Of a stretch of 64,000 nt of DNA, positions 45,404-55,520 are shown one piece after another. The stretch is from Candidatus Nanohaloarchaea archaeon (GTDB lineage Archaea; Nanohalarchaeota; Nanosalinia; Nanosalinales; Nanosalinaceae). Below the pieces are notes generated by a model that made no database searches, was not told the origin of the DNA, and saw only the letters and a list, made by a program, of their open reading frames with translations. Each line of letters starts with the position of its first letter. Position 1 is the first letter of the stretch. Made by a program: the position numbers and the translations under genes. The stretch lies in assembly GCA_013343275.1 (NCBI GenBank), contig CP046106.1, positions 128,001 to 192,000 on the forward strand. Direction: 5' to 3'.

Positions 45404-46090
45404 ATGATCTCTGCTCTTGAGGACGCAGTCAGGGGATACTGGCCCTATAAAATCTCTACTGTACTTGTTCTGCTGATTCTCTTCTTCGGGTCTGTAATGG
45501 TGATGGATCAGAGGATTGATGCTAACTCTGATGCTGCGATCGCAAATGTAGAAGTAACAGCAAACCTTTCCGCAGTATACGCATTCCAGCACTACTATAA
45601 CAGTACCAATCAATCTCAAAACGTTCAGAAGATGCAGGGTTTGAGAGAGGATACTCTGGACAGCTCCCAGACTGTCAAGAGAGGAAAAGTTTACCAGGCG
45701 GCGCTTTTTACTGGGTTTGCAATAAAGCAGATAGATCCCTTTTACCGTGTTCCCTGTCTAGAAACCTCAGACGGCTGTATATTCTATTTAGATAAGAGCG
45801 TCAGGCAGGAAATTAGTTCCATACTTGATAAGTCGGGCTCGGAGCAGTTTCTCAGAGATTTCGCAGACAACTATAACTTGACTGTTGAAGAACGGTTCTA
45901 CAACAAGTACTCCAGAAATAACACTGGGACTCCAGGAAGTTTCGGTGCATCATTGCTGGAGAAAGGCTCTGGGAAAGAACTGGATGCTACAACTTTCACA
46001 GTTAATGCCCTCTACCTGGCTATACTTGGACTAATTATCTCAACTTTTGCTGCATTCCTGCGAGAGATGATTAAAGGTGATAGAAGCTGA
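45404..46090 (+). CDS. Membrane protein with extracellular domain
   Basis: N- and C-terminal TM helices; NxS/T sequons. Confidence 0.7.
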   Translation: MISALEDAVRGYWPYKISTVLVLLILFFGSVMVMDQRIDANSDAAIANVEVTANLSAVYAFQHYYNSTNQSQNVQKMQGLREDTLDSSQTVKRGKVYQAALFTGFAIKQIDPFYRVPCLETSDGCIFYLDKSVRQEISSILDKSGSEQFLRDFADNYNLTVEERFYNKYSRNNTGTPGSFGASLLEKGSGKELDATTFTVNALYLAILGLIISTFAAFLREMIKGDRS

Positions 46091-46521
46091 GTAAGCTCAC
46101 TTCGTGGATTCTCTGGAAGGGAGAAAATATTGGGGCAAAAATTCTCTCTAAGTTTCTGTGGCCGCCGGCAGCAGCACACACAGTAGTAATCAGAGATGGA
46201 AGTTTACTGGCTGTGAATACTGGAGAGTACCTCATGCTGCCAGGAGGCCTTCTTGACGCAGGAGAAAGCTTTGAGGATGCAGCAGTCAGGGAGACAAGAG
46301 AGGAAACAGGCCTGGAGATCGAACTGAGAAATGAAATAAAGATAGAGCGTAGAGAAGGCCTAGGGCCTGCAGCTTTCTTCACTGCAGATGTGGCTGGTGG
46401 AGAAATGCAGGGGTCGTGGGAAGGAGAACCGTGCTGGGTTCCTCTGGAACAGGTGGAAGATCACCGGTGGCGTTACAACAGGGATATGCGCTCGCTTATC
46501 GATGAAGCAGAAACCAGATGA
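46087..46521 (+). CDS. NUDIX hydrolase (probable CTG start)
   Basis: LPGGLLDAGESFEDAAVRETREETG; frame open back to 46084; GGTGA SD before CTG 46087. Confidence 0.8.
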   Translation: MSKLTSWILWKGENIGAKILSKFLWPPAAAHTVVIRDGSLLAVNTGEYLMLPGGLLDAGESFEDAAVRETREETGLEIELRNEIKIERREGLGPAAFFTADVAGGEMQGSWEGEPCWVPLEQVEDHRWRYNRDMRSLIDEAETR

Positions 46522-46555
46522 AACTGGTAAATAAGTTGACACCAATCTCTGCAAC

Positions 46556-47419
46556 ATGGTAACAACTCAAGGCCTGAGGGCCAATGGTAAAATCTTTCTA
46601 CTCATATCAGTACTTACAGGAGTATTCCTCGGCGCCGGATACCTTCTAGGCGGTACAGGAGGCATGATTATAGGCCTTCTGATTGCAGGAGTAATGAATA
46701 TCGCAAGCTACTGGTTCTCCGACCGTATCGTACTCAAGATGTACGGCGCTGAAGAGATAAAAGAGGAGGAAAACCCTGAAATACACCAGATGGTTGAAAA
46801 ACTGGCCTCTAACGCTGGCATACCGAAACCAAGAATCTACAGATCCTCCATGCAGGTGCCGAACGCCTTCGCAACAGGAAGAAACCCGGAAAAAGGCGTA
46901 GTATGCGTAACCGACGGCCTCATGAACTCTCTAAATCAGGAGGAAATCGAAGGAGTAATCGCCCATGAACTGGCCCACATCAGGAACCGCGACACATTAA
47001 TCAATACAGCAGTTGCAACAGTTGCCGGAGCACTAGGCTTCCTGGCAGAAATGGCTTTCTGGGGAGCAATGTTCGGAGGCCGAGAAGAAGACGGAGAAAT
47101 GATCTCCGCACTCGCATTAATGATCATCACTCCGCTGATAGCTACAGTTATCCGGCTGGCAGTATCCAGAAGCATGGAGTATAGGGCCGATGCCCACGCA
47201 GTACAGATACACGGCCAGAAACAAGGTCTTTCCTCAGCACTAAAAAAGATAAACAGGGCGAGCTCCGGGCCTCAAAGGAGGCACGTTAACCGTTCGCAGG
47301 AGGCCGCTGCAAACCTGTTTATAGAAAATCCTTTCTCCAGCCACGGCATAACCAAATGGTTCTCAACGCACCCTGCGCTCCACGACAGGCTGAAGAACAT
47401 CGAGAAGACTGAACTATAA
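46556..47419 (+). CDS. htpX: Zinc metalloprotease HtpX
   Basis: PNAFATG, AHELAH, SRSMEYRAD, STHP. Confidence 0.95.
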   Translation: MVTTQGLRANGKIFLLISVLTGVFLGAGYLLGGTGGMIIGLLIAGVMNIASYWFSDRIVLKMYGAEEIKEEENPEIHQMVEKLASNAGIPKPRIYRSSMQVPNAFATGRNPEKGVVCVTDGLMNSLNQEEIEGVIAHELAHIRNRDTLINTAVATVAGALGFLAEMAFWGAMFGGREEDGEMISALALMIITPLIATVIRLAVSRSMEYRADAHAVQIHGQKQGLSSALKKINRASSGPQRRHVNRSQEAAANLFIENPFSSHGITKWFSTHPALHDRLKNIEKTEL

Positions 47420-48198
47420 TGGCAGGGATCGCTGGCAACATCAACAGAACCTCGGACGCCTGGAAAGCAGATTACTGGGACAGAGTCGATCAGGTAGAGG
47501 ATGAGACAGGCCTGGACTTCTCTGAGTCTATAGACGATATCGAGAAAAAGGAGATGCCAGCGTTGGCCTCAATGGAGAAAAGAACGTACAGTATCGACGG
47601 CCAGGAATACGACCGCAACGTACTGAACATAAGCAACACCTTCGACTACCTCAACCCGGAGCTACAGCAGCACGTTCTTTCGCATGAAGGTATCCATGCA
47701 CTGGATTTCGAAAATGAACTTGTTCCACAGCTAGAGGCCTCGAGAAATATTTCTCCGGATGCAGCCCAGAGAATTTCTGTTCTGAAAGATCAGGGCCGTG
47801 ACAGGAAGGAAGGAGTTACTCAGGCCATCAACAAGAGGATTGCTCCGGATGCCAGCTCCCATTACTTCTACCCTGATGAAACCCGTGAAGTAGAGCAACT
47901 GCTCGAACAGAATGGAACAGATCTCGACTCAGAACTTCTAGAGGAGACGCAGAGTCTGGAAGAAGATATTGTAGATGCATACCGCGAAATAGATGCTCAG
48001 GTATCAGCGCCAGGTCTCTACTTCGAGTACGGTTCTTTCAACGGTACTGATTACAGCGTGATGGTGCTTGGAGAAGATGCAGAGGCCTATGGAGGAAATC
48101 TTACCGATGACTACCTGCTTGATGAGGAGAAGGGTCTTACGGATCTCGATTACGATGAGTTTGTTGATGCTGATCTGGAGAAGTATGATCTGGATTAG
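47419..48198 (+). CDS. Hypothetical zincin-like protein
   Basis: LSHEGIH ... EGVTQ; TAATG-coupled to htpX. Confidence 0.65.
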   Translation: MAGIAGNINRTSDAWKADYWDRVDQVEDETGLDFSESIDDIEKKEMPALASMEKRTYSIDGQEYDRNVLNISNTFDYLNPELQQHVLSHEGIHALDFENELVPQLEASRNISPDAAQRISVLKDQGRDRKEGVTQAINKRIAPDASSHYFYPDETREVEQLLEQNGTDLDSELLEETQSLEEDIVDAYREIDAQVSAPGLYFEYGSFNGTDYSVMVLGEDAEAYGGNLTDDYLLDEEKGLTDLDYDEFVDADLEKYDLD

Positions 48199-48228
48199 AA
48201 ATGAAGAAAAGAAGAGGTATGAAGGCCT

Positions 48229-49197
48229 TTAGAGTGTTGTGTGTTCTCCGATTACTGCGTCGTTGATGTCCATGTCGTCGATTTCTGATTTCTGGTCGAT
48301 GATTGAGTTCCGGATGTCGGAGTTCTTGATGGTGGCCTCTGGGAATATGATTGAGTTCTGTACTTTTGCGTTTTCCAGTTGAACTCCTTCCATGATGAAA
48401 ACGTTGTCTCCGACTTCCGAGTTCTTTACACTGTCCGCGTTGTTGATACTTCCGTCAACTACTGTCTCGAATGCGTCAAGGTATCCGCGTGGCGTTCCCA
48501 CGTCGAACCAGTAACCGTCGAAGCTGAACGCGTAGGTAGGTGTCTGATTGTGCGCCCATTCAATAAGCCGGCCTGGCTCATCCAGGTACTGGTCTGCCGG
48601 AACATCTGTCTGCTTGAAATGCTGTTCGTACTCTTCGAAAAGAGAGACCTTGTCCTGTGGGAAGTAGTAGACCGCGATCGATCCCAGTGTTGAAGGCGGG
48701 TTCTCAGGTTTCTCAACGAAATCCATGATCTGATCGCCTTCAAGATCCACGACACCGATGCTTTTCGCGATCTCTTCGTCCTTCACATCGAATACAACAT
48801 TCGCCGGAGCATCTTTTTCACGGCAGAAATCCAGGAACTCAGATGTATCAAAGCTGTAGATATTGTCTCCGCCGATAACAACCAGGTCATCGTCAAGGCC
48901 TTCCTTCTCGATCAAGTTGATGATCGCACCGATAGTACCGGGCTTCTCCTCCTCAGAGTCCTGATTCTCGACAACTACTCGAGCATTCCTATCGTACTCC
49001 TCAACATAGTCTTCGAAATCCCCGGCGAATTTCTCGTTCGTCGAGATAATAGTCTCGTCAACCTCCTCATCCAGATCCTCAAGAATATAGTCAATTATAG
49101 GTTTTTCCTCTCCAAGAGGCAATAACGGCTTTGCACGGTCCTTGGTAATAGGCCACAAACGAGTAGCATGGCCTCCAGCAAGCACAATAGCTTTCAT
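48229..49197 (-). CDS. Sugar-1-phosphate nucleotidyltransferase
   Basis: LAGGHATRLWP...KPLLP, EKP, WFDVG; C-terminal beta-helix. Confidence 0.92.
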   Translation of the reverse strand: MKAIVLAGGHATRLWPITKDRAKPLLPLGEEKPIIDYILEDLDEEVDETIISTNEKFAGDFEDYVEEYDRNARVVVENQDSEEEKPGTIGAIINLIEKEGLDDDLVVIGGDNIYSFDTSEFLDFCREKDAPANVVFDVKDEEIAKSIGVVDLEGDQIMDFVEKPENPPSTLGSIAVYYFPQDKVSLFEEYEQHFKQTDVPADQYLDEPGRLIEWAHNQTPTYAFSFDGYWFDVGTPRGYLDAFETVVDGSINNADSVKNSEVGDNVFIMEGVQLENAKVQNSIIFPEATIKNSDIRNSIIDQKSEIDDMDINDAVIGEHTTL

Positions 49198-49342
49198 ACG
49201 TAATACAACGTAATACCAACTTAAATATCTCTGCCGAATCTTCAGAAAAGATTCGAGTCAAAGTAATTTTTACTCAATTCTGCGAGCTCGGGTAAACGCA
49301 CCGACCAAAAGACAGAAACCAGTAACTATCGAAGGCCTTCAC

Positions 49343-50428
49343 ATGAGCAACAGGAAAATCCTGCACGTCGATATGGACTCCTTCTACGCATCACTGGAGA
49401 AGGAGAGGAAAGGCCTTGAAGGCCCGATCGTGATATGTGTCTACTCCGGCCGTACAGAGGATTCCGGCGCGGTATCGACATGCAGTTATGAGGCCCGTGA
49501 TCTGGGCATCCATGCTGCGATGCCGATTACCAGAGCCAAGGAGATAGCGGATGAGTCAGGACAAGAAGTTCATTTCCTGCCGATGGACCGCGAGTACTAC
49601 CGTCAGGTATCCGATGAGATCCGAGAACAGATTTACGAAAACTACACGGAGAGGATCGAACAGGCCTCTATAGATGAAGCATACCTGGATACAACCGGAG
49701 AGGTTGAAAGTTTCGAGGAGGCCGAGGCCATAGCAAAAGAAATCCAGAAAGAGGTCGAGGAAAAGTTCGGCATCACCTGTTCTGTGGGAATCGGGCCGAA
49801 CAAATTGGTGGCGAAAATCGCCTCCGACCGTGAAAAACCTGAAGGTCTCACAGTCGTTAAACCGGATGAAGTCGATGAGTTCATGCGTTCTCTCGATCTG
49901 GAGGATATCCACGGAATCGGCGATAAAACCGTTGAAAAACTTGAGGCCCTTGGAATCACATCTGTAGAGGAACTAGCCAAGGCTGACACTCGGCAACTCA
50001 TCGAGGAGTTCGGACAGAACCTGGGAGTAAAGATACAGGAAAAGGCCCGCGGAGTTGACGATGAATCGGTAGAGGAGAGAGGCCAGAAACAGATCACACG
50101 TATTACTACTCTTGATCAGAACTCACGCAGTGTTAACCATATCAAAACCTATTTTCCAGATCTGGCTGATGAGATATTCGAGCAACTGGATGATAAAGGC
50201 CTTTACTTCGGAAAGGTAGTGCTTGTAGTTATCGATTCGGACATCCAGATGCATACACGGTCGAAGACTTTGAAAGCCCGGATTCAGGACAAAGAAAAGT
50301 TTATAGAGGTAGAAGAGGCCTTGCTGGAAGATTTCATGGATGGTTTCGATGGAGAGGTGCGCCGGATAGGCCTCAGGGTTTCTGACTTGGAGGAAGGTAG
50401 CGGTCAGAGAAGGCTGGGGAGTTTCTAG
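49343..50428 (+). CDS. dinB: DNA polymerase IV (DinB/Dpo4)
   Basis: HVDMDSFYAS, SYEAR, SIDEAYLD, AKIASD..KPEG. Confidence 0.96.
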   Translation: MSNRKILHVDMDSFYASLEKERKGLEGPIVICVYSGRTEDSGAVSTCSYEARDLGIHAAMPITRAKEIADESGQEVHFLPMDREYYRQVSDEIREQIYENYTERIEQASIDEAYLDTTGEVESFEEAEAIAKEIQKEVEEKFGITCSVGIGPNKLVAKIASDREKPEGLTVVKPDEVDEFMRSLDLEDIHGIGDKTVEKLEALGITSVEELAKADTRQLIEEFGQNLGVKIQEKARGVDDESVEERGQKQITRITTLDQNSRSVNHIKTYFPDLADEIFEQLDDKGLYFGKVVLVVIDSDIQMHTRSKTLKARIQDKEKFIEVEEALLEDFMDGFDGEVRRIGLRVSDLEEGSGQRRLGSF

Positions 50429-50435
50429 AGATATT

Positions 50436-51413
50436 TTATTCTTCTACTGAGAAGTTGTGGTCTTCGGATTTGTCGGCTGCGATCTTGATCTCGTCAAGCA
50501 GCTGACATTTACGGCATATATCAGATGAGCATGGTTCTCCGCATTTCTCGCATTCCTGTATCTGATTCTCATCTGATTTATAGTCTATTTCGTCTTCTAC
50601 CATGTCAGAGATCTCTCTGCCGTGCGATACTATCTGATTCTTGACGCCAGGCATCTCGGATTCCAACTTGTTCAAAAAGCTCTTTACCATAGGCCTCATC
50701 GAACCTTCCTGTACGTGTGGACAGCGATCGATAACGCCGAGATCGTGGATACGGGAGTAAAGCGCTACTTCTTTCTCTCGTACATCTCGCAGAGGCTTAA
50801 TCCTCTGAGTAAACTTTTCATGGTCTGAAGGGTCTTTCTTCGGGCCGATACGTGCCATACGTTTCATGTCGCCTTTGATATGGTTCATCATTATGGCCTG
50901 GGCCTCGTCATCGAGGTTGTGGCCGATTGCCATCTTATCTGCGTCTACCTCTCTGCACAGCTTGTTAAGGAGGTCTCTGCGCATGATTCCGCAGTAAGTA
51001 CAGTTACCTTTCGCTCCTGCGTCCGCTACATCGTCCATCTTCAGGTCGTAGTAGTCATCGTACTTTCCAAGCTTCAATTCTACACCTAGCTCATCGCAGA
51101 GCTCTTCTGCTGCGGAGATAGATTCATCACGGTAAGGATCGATACCTTCATGTACTGATACTCCGATTATCTCGATGTCAGGCCTTTCTCCGAAAATCTC
51201 TACCAGTTGCTCCAGCATGACGGCCGAGTCTTTTCCGCCGGAGAGGCCTACTGCGATAGTGTCTCCGGATTCTACAAGGTTGCCTTCTCTGATCGTTTTC
51301 TTGATTTTCTTGTTGATATCGATCGAGAAGTGCTCTTTGCAGAGGGCCCGGCCCTCGTACTCTCTGTGGATTACCGCGGGTTCTCCGCATTTCGAACAGG
51401 TTTCGTCAGTCAT
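50436..51413 (-). CDS. tRNA 2-thiolation protein (TtuA/Ncs6 family)
   Basis: N-terminal Zn finger, SGGKDS PP-loop, CTYC, GHNLDD, C-terminal CxxC; start moved to ATG 51413. Confidence 0.92.
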   Translation of the reverse strand: MTDETCSKCGEPAVIHREYEGRALCKEHFSIDINKKIKKTIREGNLVESGDTIAVGLSGGKDSAVMLEQLVEIFGERPDIEIIGVSVHEGIDPYRDESISAAEELCDELGVELKLGKYDDYYDLKMDDVADAGAKGNCTYCGIMRRDLLNKLCREVDADKMAIGHNLDDEAQAIMMNHIKGDMKRMARIGPKKDPSDHEKFTQRIKPLRDVREKEVALYSRIHDLGVIDRCPHVQEGSMRPMVKSFLNKLESEMPGVKNQIVSHGREISDMVEDEIDYKSDENQIQECEKCGEPCSSDICRKCQLLDEIKIAADKSEDHNFSVEE

Positions 51414-51498
51414 ACAGAAAAAGAAGTAGTTGAAATCTTTTAATCCCATCTGCACTTTCAGAAGGCAGCTGGTTAAAAAATTAACAATCTCTGGCTTG

Positions 51499-52152
51499 CT
51501 ACTCGATAAATCTTTTTAGCTCGGCCAGTCGGGTTACTCTGTGTGTTGGATCGAGTTCAGGCCTTTCTCCGTAGCTTTCTACAAGTATTGAGTCGATTCC
51601 TGCGTTTTCTGCGGCTTTGATATCTGATTCTGTGTCGCCGACCATTACCGGGTTGCTGCAGTCCATGTAGTTCATTGCGGCTTCCAGCATCTCTGTGCTT
51701 GGCTTTCTCTGGTTGAAGTACTCCTGTATAGGGTCCATTGGAGGGGCGTTGATTATCCGGAAATGGCCTTCAAGTCCGAAATGGTCAAATGTGAAGTTGG
51801 TGGTTCTACGCGGGGCGTTTGTTGCAACAGCTTTCTCCACATCAAGGTTGTCAAGTATCGTTCCTACCTGTGGGAAGGGTGTGATGTAGTGTTCTTCCAT
51901 GAGCCTGATCTTGCTGTCCTGTACAGTGTTTTCGATCTTCTGCAGCTGCTTCCATGATGCACCTTTTCTGTTGAGAAGTTTCTGAACTTTCTCCGCTGAG
52001 GAGGCCTTTGCAACTGTCATTGCATCGTCTACATCCATTTCTATGCCGTGTTTCTTTGCTGCGTTGATCCTGACTTTGTCCATCCACAGAAAGTTGTTAA
52101 CAGCTGAGTCAAGCAGCACTCCGTCCTTGTCGAAAATTATTCCGTCATACAT
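51499..52152 (-). CDS. HAD-superfamily hydrolase
   Basis: IFDKDGVL, RKP, VGDTESD. Confidence 0.9.
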   Translation of the reverse strand: MYDGIIFDKDGVLLDSAVNNFLWMDKVRINAAKKHGIEMDVDDAMTVAKASSAEKVQKLLNRKGASWKQLQKIENTVQDSKIRLMEEHYITPFPQVGTILDNLDVEKAVATNAPRRTTNFTFDHFGLEGHFRIINAPPMDPIQEYFNQRKPSTEMLEAAMNYMDCSNPVMVGDTESDIKAAENAGIDSILVESYGERPELDPTHRVTRLAELKRFIE

Positions 52153-52191
52153 TTCTTCTAGAACCCTTCAACTAATTCGGGGCCAAGGCTT

Positions 52192-52872
52192 TTATTCAGA
52201 ACGGTCTGCAACTACGTGATCTACGATCTCTTCAAGAGAGTCTACCTCAAAACTGTGGCCTGTCTGCGCCTCTCCATGTCTCCTCACCCATGCGGAATCC
52301 ATCTGTGCGTTCTCTGCTGCCCTGAGATCGGAGTCTGAATCACCGATGTAGATGAAAGGATTTCTTTTCAACTCGGCCTTCGCAAGTTCCAGGTGGTTAG
52401 GGTGAGGTTTCCTGTCCCTGAGATCCTCGAAGTTCCGTATACCGGCGTAGAACTTGAAGTACTGTTTGAGATCGAAGTACTCCATCATCGTCTTAACTGC
52501 GGATTCAGGGGCGTTACTGATTACGGCCAGAGGAATATCTCTCTGATGTAGATCCTTCACTGTCTTCTCCGCCGAAGGATAAAGCTCGAAGTTTCCGTTC
52601 TCCAGTTGCTCTCTCCTCGCAGTAGTGGTTTCCTGGGCAACTAGAGACCAGATTTCCCGTGGATCAACACCTAGCTCGGAGGACTTCTTCAAGCAGGCCT
52701 TGTATCCTCTATCGCCGAGAACTGCGTTCTTGTCTTTGCGGGAAAGCTCCTCTGGATCAATATCTTTCTCCTTGAGTGCGTGGCCTACTGCTCTGTACTT
52801 CCATTCTTCGTCATCGACGAGCGAGTTAAGAAGCACGCCGTCCATATCGAAGATCACTGAGTTGTAGGCCAT
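52192..52872 (-). CDS. HAD-superfamily hydrolase (tandem paralog)
   Basis: IFDMDGVL, RKPHP, IGDSDSD. Confidence 0.9.
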   Translation of the reverse strand: MAYNSVIFDMDGVLLNSLVDDEEWKYRAVGHALKEKDIDPEELSRKDKNAVLGDRGYKACLKKSSELGVDPREIWSLVAQETTTARREQLENGNFELYPSAEKTVKDLHQRDIPLAVISNAPESAVKTMMEYFDLKQYFKFYAGIRNFEDLRDRKPHPNHLELAKAELKRNPFIYIGDSDSDLRAAENAQMDSAWVRRHGEAQTGHSFEVDSLEEIVDHVVADRSE

Positions 52873-52982
52873 ACTACTTGGTAAGGCACGTAAAGCTTTA
52901 ACTTCTGACGATTAATCTCGGCGACTTCATCGAATGGTTTTTACCTTTTGAGAAGTATAACGTGGCTAAGGTGGAATAAGTT

Positions 52983-53408
52983 ATGTATGATAGTATAGTT
53001 TTGCCAACTGACGGCAGCGAGGGAACTGAGAACGCGGTAAACCATGCACTAGGCCTTGCAGAGAAGTTTGATGCAGAACTTCACGTTATCAACGTGGTCG
53101 ATGTCAGAAACTTTTACGACGGCGTTAACTGGGAGGAAGTACTTGAAAACGTGGAGCTACAGGGGGAAGTAATAGTCGGAGATGTAGTAGATAGAGCCGA
53201 GGAGAAAGGCCTTGACGTGACAGAGAACGTGACAAGAGGAATTCCGCATCAGGAGATCAACGACTACGTCGAGGAGAAAGACGCTGACCTCATCGTGATG
53301 GGTACTCACGGCAGGGAAGGAGTAGAAAGACTGCTACTGGGTAGTGTAACAGAGAAAGTGCTCAGAACCTCAGAAGTGCCGGTCCTGACAGTAGGCCTGG
53401 AAGACTAA
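52983..53408 (+). CDS. Universal stress protein
   Basis: PTDGS, DLIVMGTHGREG...LLGSVTEKVLR. Confidence 0.95.
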   Translation: MYDSIVLPTDGSEGTENAVNHALGLAEKFDAELHVINVVDVRNFYDGVNWEEVLENVELQGEVIVGDVVDRAEEKGLDVTENVTRGIPHQEINDYVEEKDADLIVMGTHGREGVERLLLGSVTEKVLRTSEVPVLTVGLED

Positions 53409-53500
53409 TTAAAAACATTTACTTCACCTTTCTCTTCTACACAGTATATCTATCGCACGAAGGAACTTCGAGAGCTCCTGAACGAAAGCATCTTACAGAT

Positions 53501-53589
53501 GCCAGCGTGGCGGAGTCTGGTTGAACGCGGCAGATTCGAGATCTGCTGGCCCATATGCGGCCTCCCCGGTTCAAATCCGGGCGCTGGCG
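53501..53589 (+). tRNA. tRNA-Ser(CGA)
   Basis: Acceptor GCCAGCG/CGCTGGC, anticodon arm GCAGA-TTCGAGA-TCTGC, long variable arm, G discriminator. Confidence 0.94.
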
Positions 53590-53596
53590 ATCGTTC

Positions 53597-54166
53597 TTAT
53601 TCGTGTACCCCAGGTTGATTTTTCAGGCATTCTCTGAATTCTTCTGGGTATCCTTCTACTCTGAGCAGGTGGACGAGACCGTCTTTGACGGGTTTGAGGT
53701 ATTCATGTTCTTCTAGAAGTTCTTCGTCCTGCAGTGCATTGGTGGCCAGTGACGAAAGGAAGTCGTCAAAAATGATGTTCTGAAGGTTTTTCTGATTTAT
53801 TTCACACTTCCGCAGCATCTTCTTTGTGAATGCTATGTTCAGCTCTTTGATCTCTTCCTTATTTTTCTGCAGTAGCTCTACATCTTTTTCCCTGTTAAGT
53901 TCTTCCAGTTCCTCTTTTATCTCCTGGAACCAGAATTCGGCGATTCCCTGGTAGTTAAGCCGGTAGTACTGTGCTTTCTTTCTCTCACCTTTCTCCGTGA
54001 AATTTAGCTCGTTAAGCTGTTTGATAATCCGACTTATTGAGGACTGAGGCTTGTCAAGTTCCTCTGCGATTTTAGTCGAGTAGCTGCCTGGATTCGATTG
54101 AGCTATTCTCTGTAAAACCTGAACAGAGAGTTCAGAATTCAGTATAGATGGAAATTCCTCTTTCAC
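53597..54166 (-). CDS. Winged-helix transcriptional regulator
   Basis: YSTKIAEELDKPQSSISRIIKQL...KAQYY. Confidence 0.8.
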   Translation of the reverse strand: MKEEFPSILNSELSVQVLQRIAQSNPGSYSTKIAEELDKPQSSISRIIKQLNELNFTEKGERKKAQYYRLNYQGIAEFWFQEIKEELEELNREKDVELLQKNKEEIKELNIAFTKKMLRKCEINQKNLQNIIFDDFLSSLATNALQDEELLEEHEYLKPVKDGLVHLLRVEGYPEEFRECLKNQPGVHE

Positions 54167-54242
54167 ATCTTCCAGTTTATCGACATCACATATTAAAAAA
54201 TACTTCGATCGTATAACATTATACCTAATAGGAGTGATCGAT

Positions 54243-54443
54243 ATGGAATTTTCAATCTACAGAATGAAGCAGGTACTGAAAGGAGAAACCGATAAAAGAG
54301 TCTCAGAAGATGCAGCGACAGCTCTAGGCGAGCAAATGGATGAATACGGTGAAGAAGTTGCTTCCAGAGCTGTAGATATTGCTGCTGAAGACGGTAGAAA
54401 GACTGTCAGAGCCGAAGACATCAGAAAGGCCTTGAGAAACTAA
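54243..54443 (+). CDS. Archaeal histone
   Basis: RVSEDA...GRKTVRAEDI histone-fold motifs; SD before ATG 54243. Confidence 0.93.
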   Translation: MEFSIYRMKQVLKGETDKRVSEDAATALGEQMDEYGEEVASRAVDIAAEDGRKTVRAEDIRKALRN

Positions 54444-54569
54444 GTATTTCTCTGAAGGCCTGGATTTGACTATCTTTCCTCTTCAAGTTCAGAAATTCTA
54501 TTTTTCTAACTCTCTATTACTGTAGCTGGAGTTAAGATAAAGAATAATCTGTGGAAGGGGAGTCGCTCT

Positions 54570-54890
54570 CTAGAATGGAGGCATATCGTCTTCAGGTTCC
54601 TGCGGGCCTCCCATGCCGTCGTCCATTCCTTCTTCCATGCCTGGGCCCATTGGATCTGATTCCATTCCCTGGTCTTCAAGTTCGTCCATGAGTTCTTTGA
54701 CGTCGTTGATGAGTTTTCTCAGAGATCTCTCTGAGTCAGGGTCCTGGACTTCCTGCTCCAGTTCTGTTATCTTGCCTTGCAGCTCTCTGGCGGTTTTCCC
54801 CTCCCCGGGAAATGTATCTAGCAGCATTTCTGCAGAGTCAATTACTGCTTCAGCCTCTTCCTTGGCTTCATCTAGTGACATAAAGATCAA
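54570..54890 (-). CDS. Hypothetical acidic protein
   Basis: Helical body with G/M/P/D-rich tail. Confidence 0.65.
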   Translation of the reverse strand: MIFMSLDEAKEEAEAVIDSAEMLLDTFPGEGKTARELQGKITELEQEVQDPDSERSLRKLINDVKELMDELEDQGMESDPMGPGMEEGMDDGMGGPQEPEDDMPPF

Positions 54891-54985
54891 AACAGGGTAA
54901 ATCTATTTAAAAACCTTTTGATGAGGAGATTTTCCGGTAGAAATAGAATAAATAGGGGGTTGGAGAAAAAGCAGAGAGGTGTTTT

Positions 54986-55429
54986 TTACTCTACTTCTTC
55001 CTCAATTTCTGCGAAAGCGAACTTCCGGCCTACGGAGGTAACTTCTACTTCGTACTTCTTTCCAACTTCTCCGCCAGGGACGAAGACCACAAAACCTTCT
55101 ACTCTTGCAATACCATCGCCTTTGCTTCCAAGGTCTTCGACTTCAAGCTCTACAGTTTCGCCTTCGGAAACAGGCTTATCAAGTTCTTCTTCATCTTCCT
55201 CGGATTCTTCTTCCTCAAACTCCTCTTCTTCGTCTTCAAACTCTTCCTCAACTTCTTCGGAAGCTTCCTCGAACTCTTCTTCAGTCTCCTCGATTTCCTC
55301 TTCAAGGGCTTCTTCAGCCTCTTCAAGCTCTTCTTCGACTTCTTCGACTTCTTCTTCCATTTCCTCTAGGTTTTCGTCGTCAAACTGATCTTCAAAATCT
55401 CCTGTTTCATCTTCGATATTATCTGCCAT
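54986..55429 (-). CDS. TRAM-domain RNA-binding protein with long polyacidic N-terminus
   Basis: GSKGDGIARVEGFVVFVP...FAFAE; start moved to ATG 55429. Confidence 0.88.
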   Translation of the reverse strand: MADNIEDETGDFEDQFDDENLEEMEEEVEEVEEELEEAEEALEEEIEETEEEFEEASEEVEEEFEDEEEEFEEEESEEDEEELDKPVSEGETVELEVEDLGSKGDGIARVEGFVVFVPGGEVGKKYEVEVTSVGRKFAFAEIEEEVE

Positions 55430-55520
55430 AGGTATATGCACCTTACAAACAATCAAGACACTGGAGATTTTTATAAAGACATCGAATCCGAATAAAAGAA
55501 ATGCTGCCAAATAACTATCT

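Noticed and set aside
55180-55400. TCTTC-rich stretch as a tandem repeat or CRISPR array
   Set aside because: It is the antisense of GAA/GAG codons in the acidic TRAM tail; no repeat-spacer array was seen anywhere in the window.
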